64,000 nucleotides of DNA, from contig JASVEC010000002.1 of NCBI GenBank assembly GCA_030770535.1, forward strand, positions 744,001 through 808,000, in the 5' to 3' direction. Each line of letters starts with the position of its first letter. The stretch's first letter is position 1. The stretch comes from Batkoa obscura (taxonomy: Eukaryota). The translations under genes and the position numbers were made by a program. The notes beneath the pieces are model-generated. The model saw only the letters and a program-made list of their open reading frames with translations, was not told where the DNA came from and made no database searches. Shown in pieces: positions 37,508 to 50,735 of this stretch.

Positions 37508-39621
37508 TTTTCATGTACAAATTCTAGCATAACTCTAATAAAATAGATAAACAATATTCATAATGTATTTAATTTTAATCGTAAAAGTTACATTAAAATA
37601 AAACTTAGCTATGATTCAAGTTTTACAATTTACAATCTATAATATGATAGAAATTGTAACTTCTAAAAATCTTAATTATAGAACAAATATAATGAAAGTA
37701 TAACAATGTTTAATGACAGTTCTGGGTTTACATAAGAGTCAATAAATGGATTTATGTGCAGTAGTAGTAGTACCTTCTACAAATTTATACTTTTGCAAAT
37801 ACTTCACAAAACGTGTGTTGAAAATATACCGAATAATAATTTTCGTGTAATTCATGAATCTTTTATGAATAAGTTGAGCAAGAATTAAATAAGGGGATAA
37901 ATTTCCGCTTATTTACACTTCTTTATATTTCAATACTATAATGAAAACATTCAATTTTTTTACAAATTATATTCAAAAGCCTACTCTATTTTTATATTAG
38001 GGCCCTATCATTTTAAATACAACTGTGTTGGTAATTATCTAAGTATAAGTCTTATACAAGCTTTACACAATACAATAAATTGCTCGATTTCATATCTAAA
38101 CTAATTCATGTCGGTTTTATAATATGAAATAACTTCTTTTTACTATTAAATGAGTTGAATAATGAATGGAAATTAAGTAAAAGATGAAATTATATGAAAT
38201 TAATGGCTTGTATTTATACGAGAGAGTTTGAAAGTTGGTTGGAATTTAAATATTTTTCAAATTTATTTAAATTGAAGTGTTTGAAACTTATATGAGTGAG
38301 TTAACCCAAGGTAAGCCAATAATCTTTATAAAATTTGTCTGACAAACTTTTGAAACACATCGAAACCGGAGAAAAGTTGAACCCTGGATTCAAATAAATC
38401 CATGCTTAAAATAACTATGTTAAATGGTACTTTATCTTATCAGATACTATATACTAAATAATATATAGCATAACCAAGCTATTTGTATGTACTGAACTCA
38501 TATTCTTAAGTTTACTACATACTTGTTCATTATACAAAAATATTTAATAAATAATTTTATTAGTTAATTTAAAATAAAGTTTAGAAGACAAAATTTTTGA
38601 TAGAATAAAAATAGAATAATATCAAATAACTGGGGAAGGCAGTATAAATTCAAATAATATTAGCAGTATATTAATTGTTCTTCTACAAAGATTTTGAGAA
38701 GAAATTTTTTGGCTCACATCCCAATAAATAAAGAAATTCTATCACAGCATTCAACTGTCGGATCTTTTCTAAGGGATTTCCGAATTCCAAGCTTTCATAA
38801 AAAATGGTTGATGTAAAAAGCAATAAAAAAAATGAGAATAAAACTTATAAGATTTTTTTATTATGGATACTTACACTTTTTTAAATATTATAAAAATAGA
38901 ACATTATCAATAACAGCAATATATAAATAAAAGCAAAGTATATTATAAACTAAATGATATATTAACTACTTTTAGCTAATACAATTCTAATTAATCTTTT
39001 TTTGCCGCAGCTAAATTATTTTAAAATTATCAGATAAATTGTTAACTAGATACATCGCTGTTGCTCTTTTGCGATCTATTTAATAGCACATTTTAGAAAA
39101 ACTCGCTAAAAACTTGTCAATGTATATGAATCATCGTTTAAAAGAATTTATGTGGACAATTTAACTATAATAATTAACGCTAAAAAAGTCTCAAAAGAGC
39201 TGTAGCAGCTTTAAGCTAATTTAAAAAAACTTGCACTTTAAACTTTAGAAAAAGCTGCGAATATTAAGAATAAAATATGACCAAAAAGATCTTTGGGGAT
39301 CTCTAAAAGGTGAGTTTAATTGAATTTATTCTTTAATTGGATTTAGTTTTCCCAATTTTATTTAACTAGCATTCCCTCCGATTTATCAGGGGAATTCCAG
39401 CTTGTAATGATTTCATTGTTAATTTTTAATAGTCAAATTCTAAAAAAAAGCATGGATTAGTAATTGTGCTGTTTAATAAGTATTTTACCTTCGGCAAAAG
39501 TTGAATCAACAAATTCCATTAGGATTCTTAGAGCCAAATTTAGCAATGTTTAATAAATGTTGGAGTATAAAAAGAAGCTAAAAGAATTTAAAATAGTATC
39601 ATTCTTAATTATTAATTTAAT

Positions 39622-40962
39622 ATGAGTAGTAGTACAATAAATAATCAAGTAGAAGAAAAATTCGAGAGTAAAAGCCCAAATTCAAATAGCTCAAATGCTA
39701 CTTTTAGAGAAGCAAATGAAGATGTATTAGATGAAAAAATAGAAGAAGATCCAAGGCTGGATAGTATACAAAGTTGGGTCGTAGTCATAGCAAGTTTCTT
39801 TAATTTGTTTGTTGTTTTAGGAGTAGTATATAGTTCTGGAGTATTTGTTCAATATTATGCTGATGACTTATTTAAAGATAAAGTACCATTATCCACATTA
39901 AGTTTTATCGGAACTTTAAGTACTTCTCTCACAACTCTATTAGCTGTATTTACAGGAAGATTAGCAGATAGAATAAGCTATCGTAATTCTATCCTTATTG
40001 GCTCAGTAATTTACGCTTTGGGATTATTATTGGCATCCTTTAGTTCAGAAGTATGGCATTTGTTTTTAACACAAGGGGTTATGGTAGGTATTGGAGGTGC
40101 TATTGCGTTTGTTCCTGCTGTAAGTGCTCCTGCTCAATGGTTTAGGAAATACATTGGTTTAGCTACAGGTATTGCTGTAGCTGGTTCTGGAATCGGTGGG
40201 TTAGCATTAAGTCCAATTACTCAAGTTGTTTTAGATAAGTTAGGATTTAGATGGGCACTTCGAGTACAAGCAATTGTTTCTATTGTTATATTAACCATCA
40301 CTGCTTTTTTTATAAAGCCAAGAGTAGTGTCTCAAAACAAAGGTTCATGGTTTGATTTCTCTAAATTTAAGAACCGTAAATTCCTTGCTTTATTTTTTGG
40401 AGGTTTCCTATGCTCTTTTGGTTATCTTGTCCCATTCTTACTTATGGGCAAATACGCAAGATCAATCAACCTTACTGTTTCTCAAGGTTCTATTTTAATC
40501 GGGTTATTAAATGGTGGATCTGCTATTGGCAGAGTTGTATTAGGTAGTTTAGGCGATCGTTTTGGTAGAATCAATATCCTTTCTGTTTGCATTGCATTTA
40601 CATCATTTTTCTGCTATTTCATCTGGACATTTTCATATAATTTTGGTGTATTACTACTTTTCAATATCCTGTATGGTGTAGCAGCTGGAGGTTTTATTTC
40701 AATGTTACCTGTTGTTACAGTTCAATTATTTGGTGTAGAAGGTATTGCAAGTATTAATGGATTACTTTATTTTGGCTCTGGGATTCCAAATTTAGTTGGT
40801 ACCCCTATTGCATCAGCTATATTAACTGCCTCAAGTTCTGACCCAGCCAATCCTAACTATATTCCTGTTATAATGTACTCAGCAACTTCCGCTTTATTAG
40901 GATCAATGTTTTTCTTTACCCTTAAACTTATGGTTAACAGGAAAATAACCGCGATAGTATAA
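39622..40962 (+). CDS. MFS monocarboxylate-porter family (MCT/Mch-like) transporter
   Basis: About 12 TM segments; SWVVVIASF, QWFRKYIGLATGIAVAGSGIGG, IGRVVLGSLGDRFGRIN. Confidence 0.88.
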   Translation: MSSSTINNQVEEKFESKSPNSNSSNATFREANEDVLDEKIEEDPRLDSIQSWVVVIASFFNLFVVLGVVYSSGVFVQYYADDLFKDKVPLSTLSFIGTLSTSLTTLLAVFTGRLADRISYRNSILIGSVIYALGLLLASFSSEVWHLFLTQGVMVGIGGAIAFVPAVSAPAQWFRKYIGLATGIAVAGSGIGGLALSPITQVVLDKLGFRWALRVQAIVSIVILTITAFFIKPRVVSQNKGSWFDFSKFKNRKFLALFFGGFLCSFGYLVPFLLMGKYARSINLTVSQGSILIGLLNGGSAIGRVVLGSLGDRFGRINILSVCIAFTSFFCYFIWTFSYNFGVLLLFNILYGVAAGGFISMLPVVTVQLFGVEGIASINGLLYFGSGIPNLVGTPIASAILTASSSDPANPNYIPVIMYSATSALLGSMFFFTLKLMVNRKITAIV

Positions 40963-41663
40963 TCTCAAAATTCATTTCTGTTTGTTTCTTAATGATCATG
41001 TTGTAATTAATTGTTGAAGGCGATTTAAAGGCTTCATGCTGTTACACTAATAAAAATAATTATTTCTGTTTTTAACATAATTAAGTGAATATTTCAATTT
41101 TTAAGATGGTGTTTTTGTTTTAAAATGTTCACGAAATGGTTTTAAATGACTTTAAATTTGTAGTTTCAGGTTAAACTACAAGTCTGGAAAATAAATGTTC
41201 TCGTTAAAAAACTTGCTTTGATTAACCTATTATAATCTATACAATTTTTAAATTCATTATTTGGACCCTTAAATTACGTTTAATAGACTCCTTGTTATTA
41301 AATATCAAGTTCAAATATATATGATTTTTTAAAAACAGAGTCTGAAAAAAATTTTGAGGTGTTGTTAAAGATGCTTGACGTAAAAGGAAACAGGAATGTC
41401 TTTTATTTTACTTATCTATACAATGTAAAATTTAAAAAAAAAAGTTAAACCTGAAACAATAAAAAATATTTACATGAATAATATAACTGTTTATTGTAAT
41501 GATTATACATACAGTTATCAAATTGATAGAAATAAAAGACAAGACTGTGATATATTAAAGCTACAAGTATAAGTTTTAAGAAATAATAGAGAGATTAACT
41601 ACCCTACTTTTTAACTTAGAATATAATTAATCCATTTAATTAGCCTAAATAATGTATTTAAGA

Positions 41664-41768
41664 TATGAGGATGTTTTTTTTTACTTCATTACTTTTTCCA
41701 CCTTTCAAGCGCTATTTGAGTGGAAAAATTCTTAGTAAAATTCTTAAATACAAAAATACATTCCCATA
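41664..41768 (-). mobile_element. MITE family A copy
   Basis: TATGAGGATGTTTT...AAGCGCTATTTGAGTGGAAAA...AAAATACATTCCCATA. Confidence 0.88.
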
Positions 41769-42118
41769 TATTATTCTATAAAATAAATATATCCTGTATG
41801 TAAATGAAATTTCGTTCATAACATAGTTATTTAGTCTATAAAGTACTTGAGCTTTTATTGATAATAGAGATATTAATAATTTGCTAGCAAAACTTCGATA
41901 CAAATTAATATTAATTATAGAATTTTATACCAAGAATAAGTATTTTTATAAATAATAAAAAGCTATATTTGTTACCTTTAGTCTTTCAAAATAAAAAAGA
42001 TAAAAACGAAAATAAATTAGATCATTAGCACATAGTTAACCACACTACCTTTGAATGTATATATTTAACATTGCAGTTGATAATATCATTACCATTTTGT
42101 ATGGAATGGTAAAAACAA

Positions 42119-42191
42119 AGCCCAACGCGGGGGTCGAACCCGCAACCTTGAGATTAAGAGTCTCACGCTCTGCCGATTGAGCTAGCCAGGC
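42119..42191 (-). tRNA. tRNA-Lys (anticodon CTT), intronless
   Basis: GCCTGGCTAGCTCAATCGGCAGAGCGTGAGACTCTTAATCTCAAGGTTGCGGGTTCGACCCCCGCGTTGGGCT folds into a 73-nt cloverleaf with A/B boxes; a T-run terminator follows. Confidence 0.95.
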
Positions 42192-42783
42192 AACTAATGT
42201 GCTGGTATTTAATAACATTACATTATAAACTATTGTAAATTTAGTAATGCTCTGTAATATATATCTCAAAGTTATCGAAGACATTTTATAATAAAACTAT
42301 GTATGATTTTTTACTTTTGATTGAATATCTGAGTTTTAAGTACTTATATTTAACAATTATAAATATTATAGAGAAACTTTATTTTAATCTTTTTTGTATA
42401 AAAAATAACAATGTTTTGTAAAAATAATCAAATAGTCGAATGTAGTTACAAGTATCATACTTTGCTAAAAGAGCCCAAAGCTCATTAGGAATAATCTTGT
42501 TCAGCTTCTCTCAAGATGTTTATCTTTTTTGATCACTTTTGGATCAAAATAAATAGAAGCGCTATCATTTATCTTGTAGAGTTTATCTAAAAACACTGAT
42601 ACTTTCAAACTTTATTTTAATCTGATTTTGAGCAAAGCGTGAAGTACCTTTGAATCTTCTGAAGGTTTTCAAAGTTGAGCTTATTCGAAGGTTGCTTGGA
42701 CAAAGTTCTCATATTTAGTCTGATAAAATAGCGCACCTCCGACTCTTTAGTATGCTTTAATCAAATTGTTTTTTATTTTATTT

Positions 42784-42888
42784 TATGGGGATGTATTTTT
42801 GTATTTAAGAATTTTACTAACAAATTTTCCACTCAAATAGTGCTTAAAAAATGGAAAAAATAATGAAGCCAAAAAAAACATCCCCTTA
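42784..42888 (+). mobile_element. MITE family A copy
   Basis: TATGGGGATGTATTTTT...CTCAAATAGTGCTTAAAAAATGG...AAACATCCCCTTA. Confidence 0.9.
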
Positions 42889-43612
42889 TTTTATTTTTGA
42901 TTAAATAAAAATTTTGAGTGAGAGATTTTAATAGGAATAAAGATCCTTAGCTAATAAATTTATGAAGTTTTGAGCCATTTTATGACATATTAATTGTTAT
43001 AAATAGATCATATAGCGTTATTGTTTTAAAGTTTAATAAAATGCTTTTATAAATATATTATTCTTTATTATAATTTTATTTATTTTAATCAATTTAAAAT
43101 TAATAAATTCCATTTATAGTTCTTATGGATAATATAACGCAAAGGATATCTAATAAATTTTGTATTCATATAAACTACATTATCAATTTAAATTAACGGA
43201 GTAAGTTTTAAAAGACAATTAAATTCTTATAATAAATTAACCACTTTTGGTTAATTTGATAAAGTTACTATTGTTACAAAAAGTATTTTCTAATCATATT
43301 TTGGTATAAACTTTAATACATTATAAAAAACATAATATTATTTGTTCTTTATTAGAATTATGAAAGAATTATAGATCTGCAATTGCATGATCAACTTTTA
43401 CTATATCAAGTAAAGTTAGTGTTATTCATTAAATTTAATTTGCAATGAACCGTTGAATCAATGTTGAACATAAGAACTATTTAAAAATCAGAAAACTAAT
43501 TGATGATAACCAGATTTCATTGGCAATCAAAATTATCATAATATTCTAGAAAGTATATAAAAGGCTCAAATACAACATTTAAAACATTTAAAAACAAAAT
43601 AATAGAAAATAA

Positions 43613-43987
43613 ATGGCTAACCTAGTATTAAACATAATTACCAAAGACCAAGTATGTAATTATAATGAATATCATGAGTATTTAGATGAATATTTGTACG
43701 ATCAAGAAGAACTCGATAATGATTTAATGGGTGATATACCTTTATTGATTATGTTACCAAGTCCTATGAGTTCGATAGAATCATTACCAACTACTCCAAT
43801 AGACGATAATCAAAATTACAATGTAAACAATAATTGGGATCAATTAATTAATGAAACTAAAAAAAATACATCTAAATATTCAAATTATAGAATGTTTGAA
43901 AACGAATACACAAGTATATATAATACAACATCAGATATCAATAGTCTTGATAAAAAAAGTAAACGACGTGCAATGTACTTTCCTTAA
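43613..43987 (+). CDS. Small acidic hypothetical protein (124 aa)
   Basis: TATATAAAAG at 43554, AAAATG context, protein-like composition with a PSPMSSIESLPTTP segment. No family recognised. Confidence 0.6.
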   Translation: MANLVLNIITKDQVCNYNEYHEYLDEYLYDQEELDNDLMGDIPLLIMLPSPMSSIESLPTTPIDDNQNYNVNNNWDQLINETKKNTSKYSNYRMFENEYTSIYNTTSDINSLDKKSKRRAMYFP

Positions 43988-45485
43988 TCTCTTTGTTTTT
44001 TTAACTCCTTTGTACTTTATATTTAAAATAATAAACTTAATTATTGTGATTTTATATCTTAATTTTTATTTAACTATAAATTATAAAAATAATGATTCAG
44101 AGCAATCGTATAAAAGCAAATTCATTCAAAATATTAATATTTCTATAAAAGACTAGTTTCTCAGATCATTATTTATAAAATAATAAGTAGTACTGAAATT
44201 AGATTATTTGATTTTATAACAATATTTTAAAGAGGTAAAGCTTATTTTACTTCATAAAGGGAGTATTGAGAGTACGATTGAGTACACCAAATGTATCAAA
44301 TATTACATATTTTGAACTTTTTTAAAGTTATAATAGTAGCTAAAGTAATTGGAATCTAAAACTCTGCTTAATTCATTTTAATTTATTAATTTACTTGTTT
44401 AATTAAATGTCTCCTAGCTTTATTTACAAAGGTTCTAAAATTGTTATATGATGTAGTGTTGTTATATTATTTGATTTATATATTAAAAGTAAAAAATAAT
44501 CATAGGACTTATAAAAATAGCTGTTTGACAAAGAGTAGTTACAAGTAAAAATTGAAAATAATTAAAGCTCAAAAAACTTATTGAATTTCCAACAAATAAG
44601 CAAGATAACGAGTCAAACTTTTGATTCTATCTAATAGTCATCACCTTTGGGTAGAATTTAGATAAACAATATTAAAACAACGAAAGCTTTTAGATTAAAT
44701 AAAACACCCGCTAGTATTCATTTATAAAATTTAATAAATTGTATATTAAAATAAGTTCTTTGGTTCTAAAATAGCTTAATCATTAAGTTCTACTTTAGCA
44801 ATAAATATTTATGCTGTGCCCAATATTATATATCTTTAACTTGCCTTTTATGTAATCTAATATTCTTTTATTGTTACTATGTTATTTATTAACTTAAGTT
44901 CTTGACTAAATAGATTTGTTCTTTTACCCAAGTGCTTATTTAACCTATGTCTGTGGTTGTGTATATCTGTATTTTTTGCTAATCTCTTTTTGTAAATATT
45001 TTCTATTGAGTTACATCAAAAACCAACAAAAAAGATCAGCAAAAAACGCAGATGTATACAATCACAACTACATCGATATGAATAAAAATGAAGATAAACT
45101 GGAGATGGTGACATGCAAACCTTACTTTTTAATTTATAAAGCTATTCTTCTATGAAAAAAATGGATGTTCTAAAGGGATAGTTTATAAACTGAAATTTTG
45201 CTAATAAACATTGTTTCAATATAACAATTGTATTGTTTAAAAAGAACAATAAGTTTTGATGTTAATATTCCAAGACAAAATAGCTATCCTACTGAAAAGA
45301 GCTATCAAGAAATATATTACCTATGAAATTAATTAATTACGCCATAAGTTTTAATAAATTACCAAAATTAGCTTATCACTGACGTTGATTTTCACTTAAA
45401 ACTTGACCAAAAATCAGTGACTTCATTAAACTTTAATTAAAAATATAAATTCAACCAGTTTTTTAATAATTGTATGCTTTATTAA

Positions 45486-47631
45486 ATGAATGGGGATAAA
45501 ACAGAAATCAAAGATAATGATTTCAATACAATAATTGAAGATAATATTGGAAATAGTCATTCAAGAGATGAAGAAAGGAATAGTAGTTCAAATAACCAAG
45601 AGAGGGATAATAGTAGTGATGACGATTTAGAGTTTAGAGATTATAATACAAACGAAAAGAATAAAAGAAATGGACCATTACTTGATTTTAACCAACTTGA
45701 AGCAAGTGTTAGAACCGAAGAAGTCGAGCATGATATAGAAGAAAGTGATTGGTGGAGTAGAGAAGGGTTGAGTTATGAAGAAGCCAAGGAATTTGATTCC
45801 CAGTTTTATATAAGAAGGATCAATAATTCTAACGAAGGAATTAATAAAAAATGGTATAACAAATGGCTATCATCTACTTGGGCTAGAATGATTTGGACCA
45901 CTATCACTTTACTAGGTTTACAATTCACTTGGTCTTTAGAGCTTTCTTATGGTAAGTTAATTCATATATATATTATATATTTTGTAATTTAATTAAAGGT
46001 ACTCCTTATTTATTATCACTTGGATTATCCAAATCTATGATGTCATTGGTTTGGCTAGCGGGTCCACTTTCAGGTAATTATTATTCAATAATAATATAAT
46101 ATAGTATAATATAATAGACTATAATTAAATTATTTTAGGATTAATAATGCAACCATTGATTGGAGTAATAAGTGATAAATGTGAGTCGCCATTAGGACGA
46201 CGTCGACCATTTTTAATTGTTGGTACGGTATTTGTGTTATTTGCATTAATAAGTATTGGGTGGACGCAAGAATTCGTTGATTTTTTAAATGGTCCATCAT
46301 CTGCTACAAAATATATTGCTGTATTAGCTTTTTATATTTTAGATTTTGCTGTTAATACAAGTAAGTTTTTTTTATGTCTTTTTCAACAAGTGTTTTTTAT
46401 CCTATATTTTTAGTTCAAGCTGCTGCTAGAGCTTTAGTTGTAGATGTTTTACCAGCTAAATTTCAAGAAACGGGGAATGCATGGGCAGGACGAATGATTG
46501 GGGTTGGCAATGTTATTGGATATTTCATGTAAGTTGATCTATTTTAAATTTAAAAATCGCATTTATTTAGTTTAACTGTTTAGGGGGTATTTGGATTTAG
46601 TAACATTGTTTCCAGGTCTTGGGGATAAACAATTAAAAATATTAAGCTTTTTTGCATGTCTATTACTTACATTTATGGTAGGTTTAACTTGTTTTATGGT
46701 TCGGGAAATTCAATATAGTAAACCAAATTTAATTGAACCGCCTATTAATGAAGCAATTGAAAGAAATAATACACATGAATTTACACCCATATTTCAAGCT
46801 ATTAAAGATATTTTTATAAATATTAAAAGTTTACCACAGCCAATATGGAGATTATGTGTTGTTCAATTCTTTTCTTGGATTGGTTGGTTTCCTTTTTTAT
46901 TTTATTCAACTACTTGGGTAGCTGAATTTATGAATAATAACATAGCAATAAATAATAACCAATTAGAAGATGAAGTAGGTAACAAAACAAGGGTAGGATC
47001 AAAGGCGTTTGTTATTTATTCTATTGTATCATTAGTATCATCCTTTGTATTACCAGTATTTTGTAGTTCAAGTATCAATAATAATAACAATTCAAAACTA
47101 AAAAATATAATTCAATATTTTCCAACTTTGCCTCAATTCTTTACATTATCTTTAGTCTTATTTGGTATATTAATGTTATCTACATTCTTTATAAACTCTG
47201 TTATTGGTGCTACTTTAATTATTGCTTTATGTGGTATATCCTGGTCTGTTTCAATGTGGGCACCCTTTGCATTAATTGGTGAATTTGTACACCAAAAAGG
47301 ATCAATAAGTCAAAATTCAGAGTATTTGCCTTTACAGGATATTGTCACTCAAACTAATAACAATAATAATCAAATCCATCAAATAAACGATAATAATAAT
47401 AACAATAATGTTACAAACAATGATAGTAATCTTACCAATCCACAACCAGAAGCAGGAATGATATTGGGAATTCATAATATATTTATTGTTGTACCTCAAT
47501 TACTGACATCTTTTGTGGCTGCTATTATATTTATGATACCTGGTTTAGGGGAATCAGTGGGCATTATTTTAAGACTGGGTGGTATTACTTCGTTAGTGGC
47601 ATGTTATTTATCTTTAAAGTTATGGAAATAA
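45486..47631 (+). CDS. SUT1/SLC45-like (GPH family) alpha-glucoside/sucrose permease, 4 introns
   Basis: GLQFTWSLELSYG|TPYLLSLGL, WLAGPLSGLIMQPLIG, SPLGRRRPF, FYILDFAVN, VQFFSWIGWFPFLFYSTTWV, GIHNIFIVVPQ. Confidence 0.9.
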
Positions 47632-47829
47632 AATTTTAATAAAAATAATTAAGAGTTAAAGTTATTTGAGTATAAAGTTAATTTTTTAAATGAAGATAAT
47701 AATAAATGAATGAAGCAAAAGTTAATTTTTTTATAAAATTGATTTATTTGATATAGATAATAGAAGGAAAATTAAATATTATATTGAAGTTACTTTAAAA
47801 GTTAAAATGATATATAATTATCTTATTAA

Positions 47830-49044
47830 CTAGTAATCATAATTATATTTATCAGAGTGACCATGTTTCTTTCCATGGTGATAATCATCTACATCATGAT
47901 ATTTGTGGTCATCATAGTGTTTGTGCTCATGACCATAACCGCGTCTGTGATGTTTGTATCCTTTAACACCTTTACTACGACGGTAGACATGATGTTTCTT
48001 ACCATAGTGGTCATCATCACCATAGCGTTTAGCACCGTAATGATGATCATCATCATCATCATAATGCTTCTTTTTACCATAATGATGGTCATCATCATCA
48101 TCATAATGTTTCTTTTTACCGTAATGGTGGTCATCATCGTCTTTACCATAATGTTTCTTTCCATGGTAGTGGTCATCATCATGGTAGCTTGGCTTGTAAT
48201 CATCAGTCTTATAACTTCTTCTATAGACCTTCTTTTTGCCGTAATGATCGTCATCATCACCATAATGCTTCTTTTTACCATAATGGTGGTCATCATCATC
48301 ACCATAATGCTTCTTTTTACCATAATGGTGGTCATCATCATCATCGTAATGCTTCTTTTTACCATAATGGTGGTCATCATCATCATCATAATGCTTCTTT
48401 TTACCATAATGATGGTCATCATCATCATCATAATGTTTCTTTTTACCGTAATGGTGGTCATCATCGTCTTTACCATAATGTTTCTTTCCGTGGTAGTGGT
48501 CATCATCATGATAACTTGGCTTGTAATCATCAGTCTTATAACTTCTTCTGTAATGTTTCTTTCCATAATAATGGTCATCATCATCATCATAATGTTTCTT
48601 TTTACCATAATAATGGTCATCATCATCATCATAATGTTTCTTTCCATAATAATGATCATCATCGTCATCGTAATGTTTTTTACCATAATAATGATCGTCA
48701 TCATCATCATCATAATGTTTTTTGCCATATTTTGATTTCTTATATTTATCCTTTTTGTCATCCTTCTTATCATCCTTTTTATCGTCATCCTTTTTATCGT
48801 CTTTTTTGTCATCTTTCTTGTCATCTTTCTTGTCATCCTTCTTATCATCTTTTTTGTCCTCAGTTAAACTAACTTCAGGTGGTGCATTATCAACACTGGC
48901 AACATTTGGAGCACTATTTAATTTAAGTCCCTTTAATGCCTCTTGGACACCACTTTGACCTAAGATATCAGCACCAGCAAGACCTTCAGCAGTAAGTTGA
49001 TGAGCACAAAGTGCGAGAAGGGTAAGTAAGGAAATATTCTTCAT
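47830..49044 (-). CDS. Secreted His/Asp/Tyr/Lys-rich tandem-repeat protein (404 aa)
   Basis: Signal-like MKNISLLTLLALCAHQLTA; 9 x (D)DKK; then HYDDDDDH(H/Y)YGKK(K) units. Synonymous third-position variation between repeats supports this frame. Confidence 0.88.
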   Translation of the reverse strand: MKNISLLTLLALCAHQLTAEGLAGADILGQSGVQEALKGLKLNSAPNVASVDNAPPEVSLTEDKKDDKKDDKKDDKKDDKKDDKKDDDKKDDKKDDKKDKYKKSKYGKKHYDDDDDDHYYGKKHYDDDDDHYYGKKHYDDDDDHYYGKKKHYDDDDDHYYGKKHYRRSYKTDDYKPSYHDDDHYHGKKHYGKDDDDHHYGKKKHYDDDDDHHYGKKKHYDDDDDHHYGKKKHYDDDDDHHYGKKKHYGDDDDHHYGKKKHYGDDDDHYGKKKVYRRSYKTDDYKPSYHDDDHYHGKKHYGKDDDDHHYGKKKHYDDDDDHHYGKKKHYDDDDDHHYGAKRYGDDDHYGKKHHVYRRSKGVKGYKHHRRGYGHEHKHYDDHKYHDVDDYHHGKKHGHSDKYNYDY

Positions 49045-50735
49045 ATTGTTAATATCTAATTAATAAATTAAATTTAATTGTAATATAACATCGATGGTAA
49101 AAATTAAGATATTTATATTTTTTTTTAAAGTATGGAGGAGTATCAAACTCCAGTATTTAGCATAAAGGAGATAAATGTTACTATATTCTCCTAAATACAT
49201 AGAGTTAACCCCTTAAAGGTAAGGTTTTGTTGATAAAAATATAGAATTTGCTAAATTTGGTTAATTTGAAAAACGAAAAATTTGAACTATTAACCTTATT
49301 TAGCTATTTTAAGCTTAATAATTTTAACATAAACAATTTTCTCCTTAATTTTTAAATTACCCCAGAAATAATAAAGTGGGTTTAATAATGTAATTTACCC
49401 AGTTACGAAATAGAAAATGATGAATTTATTAAAAAATAATAGTTAACTTGATTCATAAGTTTCCTATTAACAGTATAATAGAAAATAAAGTATCTTAAAC
49501 AGAACAAAAGTAACTTATTTTTAATTATACCCCCACTATTAAGCTTAAAACTCAATAGTAAATTGTTTGAAATAATAATTACACCTAAAATATTTTTCTA
49601 AATACGCTAAGCTGAAACTGGGGGTTAAATGAGTATATTTTTTAAATTTTCTCATTTTCATAACTTTTATGCATGTGAGCTGAATTAATTTTTTAACTCG
49701 ATTTGCCCATTTTTATTGAATACTTCATATCGATGATGTATTATTAAAGGTAGATTAAAAATAGCAAGCTTGCTTAAACTGTGTTAATAAATATTTTAAC
49801 ACTTATGTTATTTACAATCTCACTAATAAACAATTAGTCGAATTATTAATACTATGAGTTGTAGAGTTTTTTTAATAATATTAAAAAAATCAATATTTCG
49901 AAAAAGGGATAATTTTTAAAATGAAATAATTGCATAAAAATAAAGCTTATCCAGGGGGATTTTGAGTATACGTAATAATAAAGGCAACCTTCTTGTATTT
50001 TGAAAAGTTGAACTATGATAGTTAAAACTTGGTAAAAAAACATTATTTATTCATAAACTATTTTTGAATATTTGTAGAATCAGTTTATCCAAAGTCTTTT
50101 CTACATTTCAAAAAAAATTAAAGCAGTTCCTAGATATTGTATTGTTACAGATAAAAAGTCTTGAAAAGTAATCGAACTAAATATGTTTATTTTTAAGAGT
50201 ATAAAAGTTATGAGGAAGGAGGTAAGAAAAAGAGGGGTATGTAAAAGCGAGATAATGTATTAAGGTTTAGCTAAAAATTCTAGGATAGATTGACTTTAAA
50301 TGCGGAAAGGATCTGTTTTTTGTTTCTATTTTATTTATTCGCTTTGGTTTTAGTTTTGATTTTGGGCCAAAATACCTGTGACTTTAGACATTTAAATATT
50401 CTAAAAAAAATTAAGCATTGTTAATATTTTTATTATAGTAAACAGAACTTCATAAAATAAAGTGATAATTTAATTAATTTTTATAGACTGTAGTATTCAA
50501 TCAGCCTATTTAAATAATTTTTCTTAAATAAAAAATAAACAATGCCACTATTTATTACTATCTATTAATTTTAAATTAAATTAGAAATTGGATTCTGTAT
50601 AAATAATATTGATAAGATAAAAATGGTCATGTTATTTTAGAAAATCAAGATTTAAGTCCTATTATGGCCATTAGTATAATAAAAATCATCAATGTTAGAT
50701 TTATAAACTATTTTTTTAACTGTTAAGCTTTTGTA

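Noticed and set aside
42045..42284. 79-aa ORF spanning the tRNA
   Set aside because: Incidental translation of the tRNA gene and its flanks.
42440..42760. Stop-interrupted protein-like sequence on the minus strand (RVGGALFYQTKYENF...)
   Set aside because: No recognisable family; insufficient evidence for a pseudogene.
47857..48958. Long overlapping ORFs (Met/Ile-rich 292 aa and 319 aa, His-rich 227 aa, (FLSS)n 78 aa) in other frames of the repeat gene
   Set aside because: By-products of stop-poor GAT/CAT repeats; only the 404-aa frame has a signal peptide and synonymous variation between repeats.
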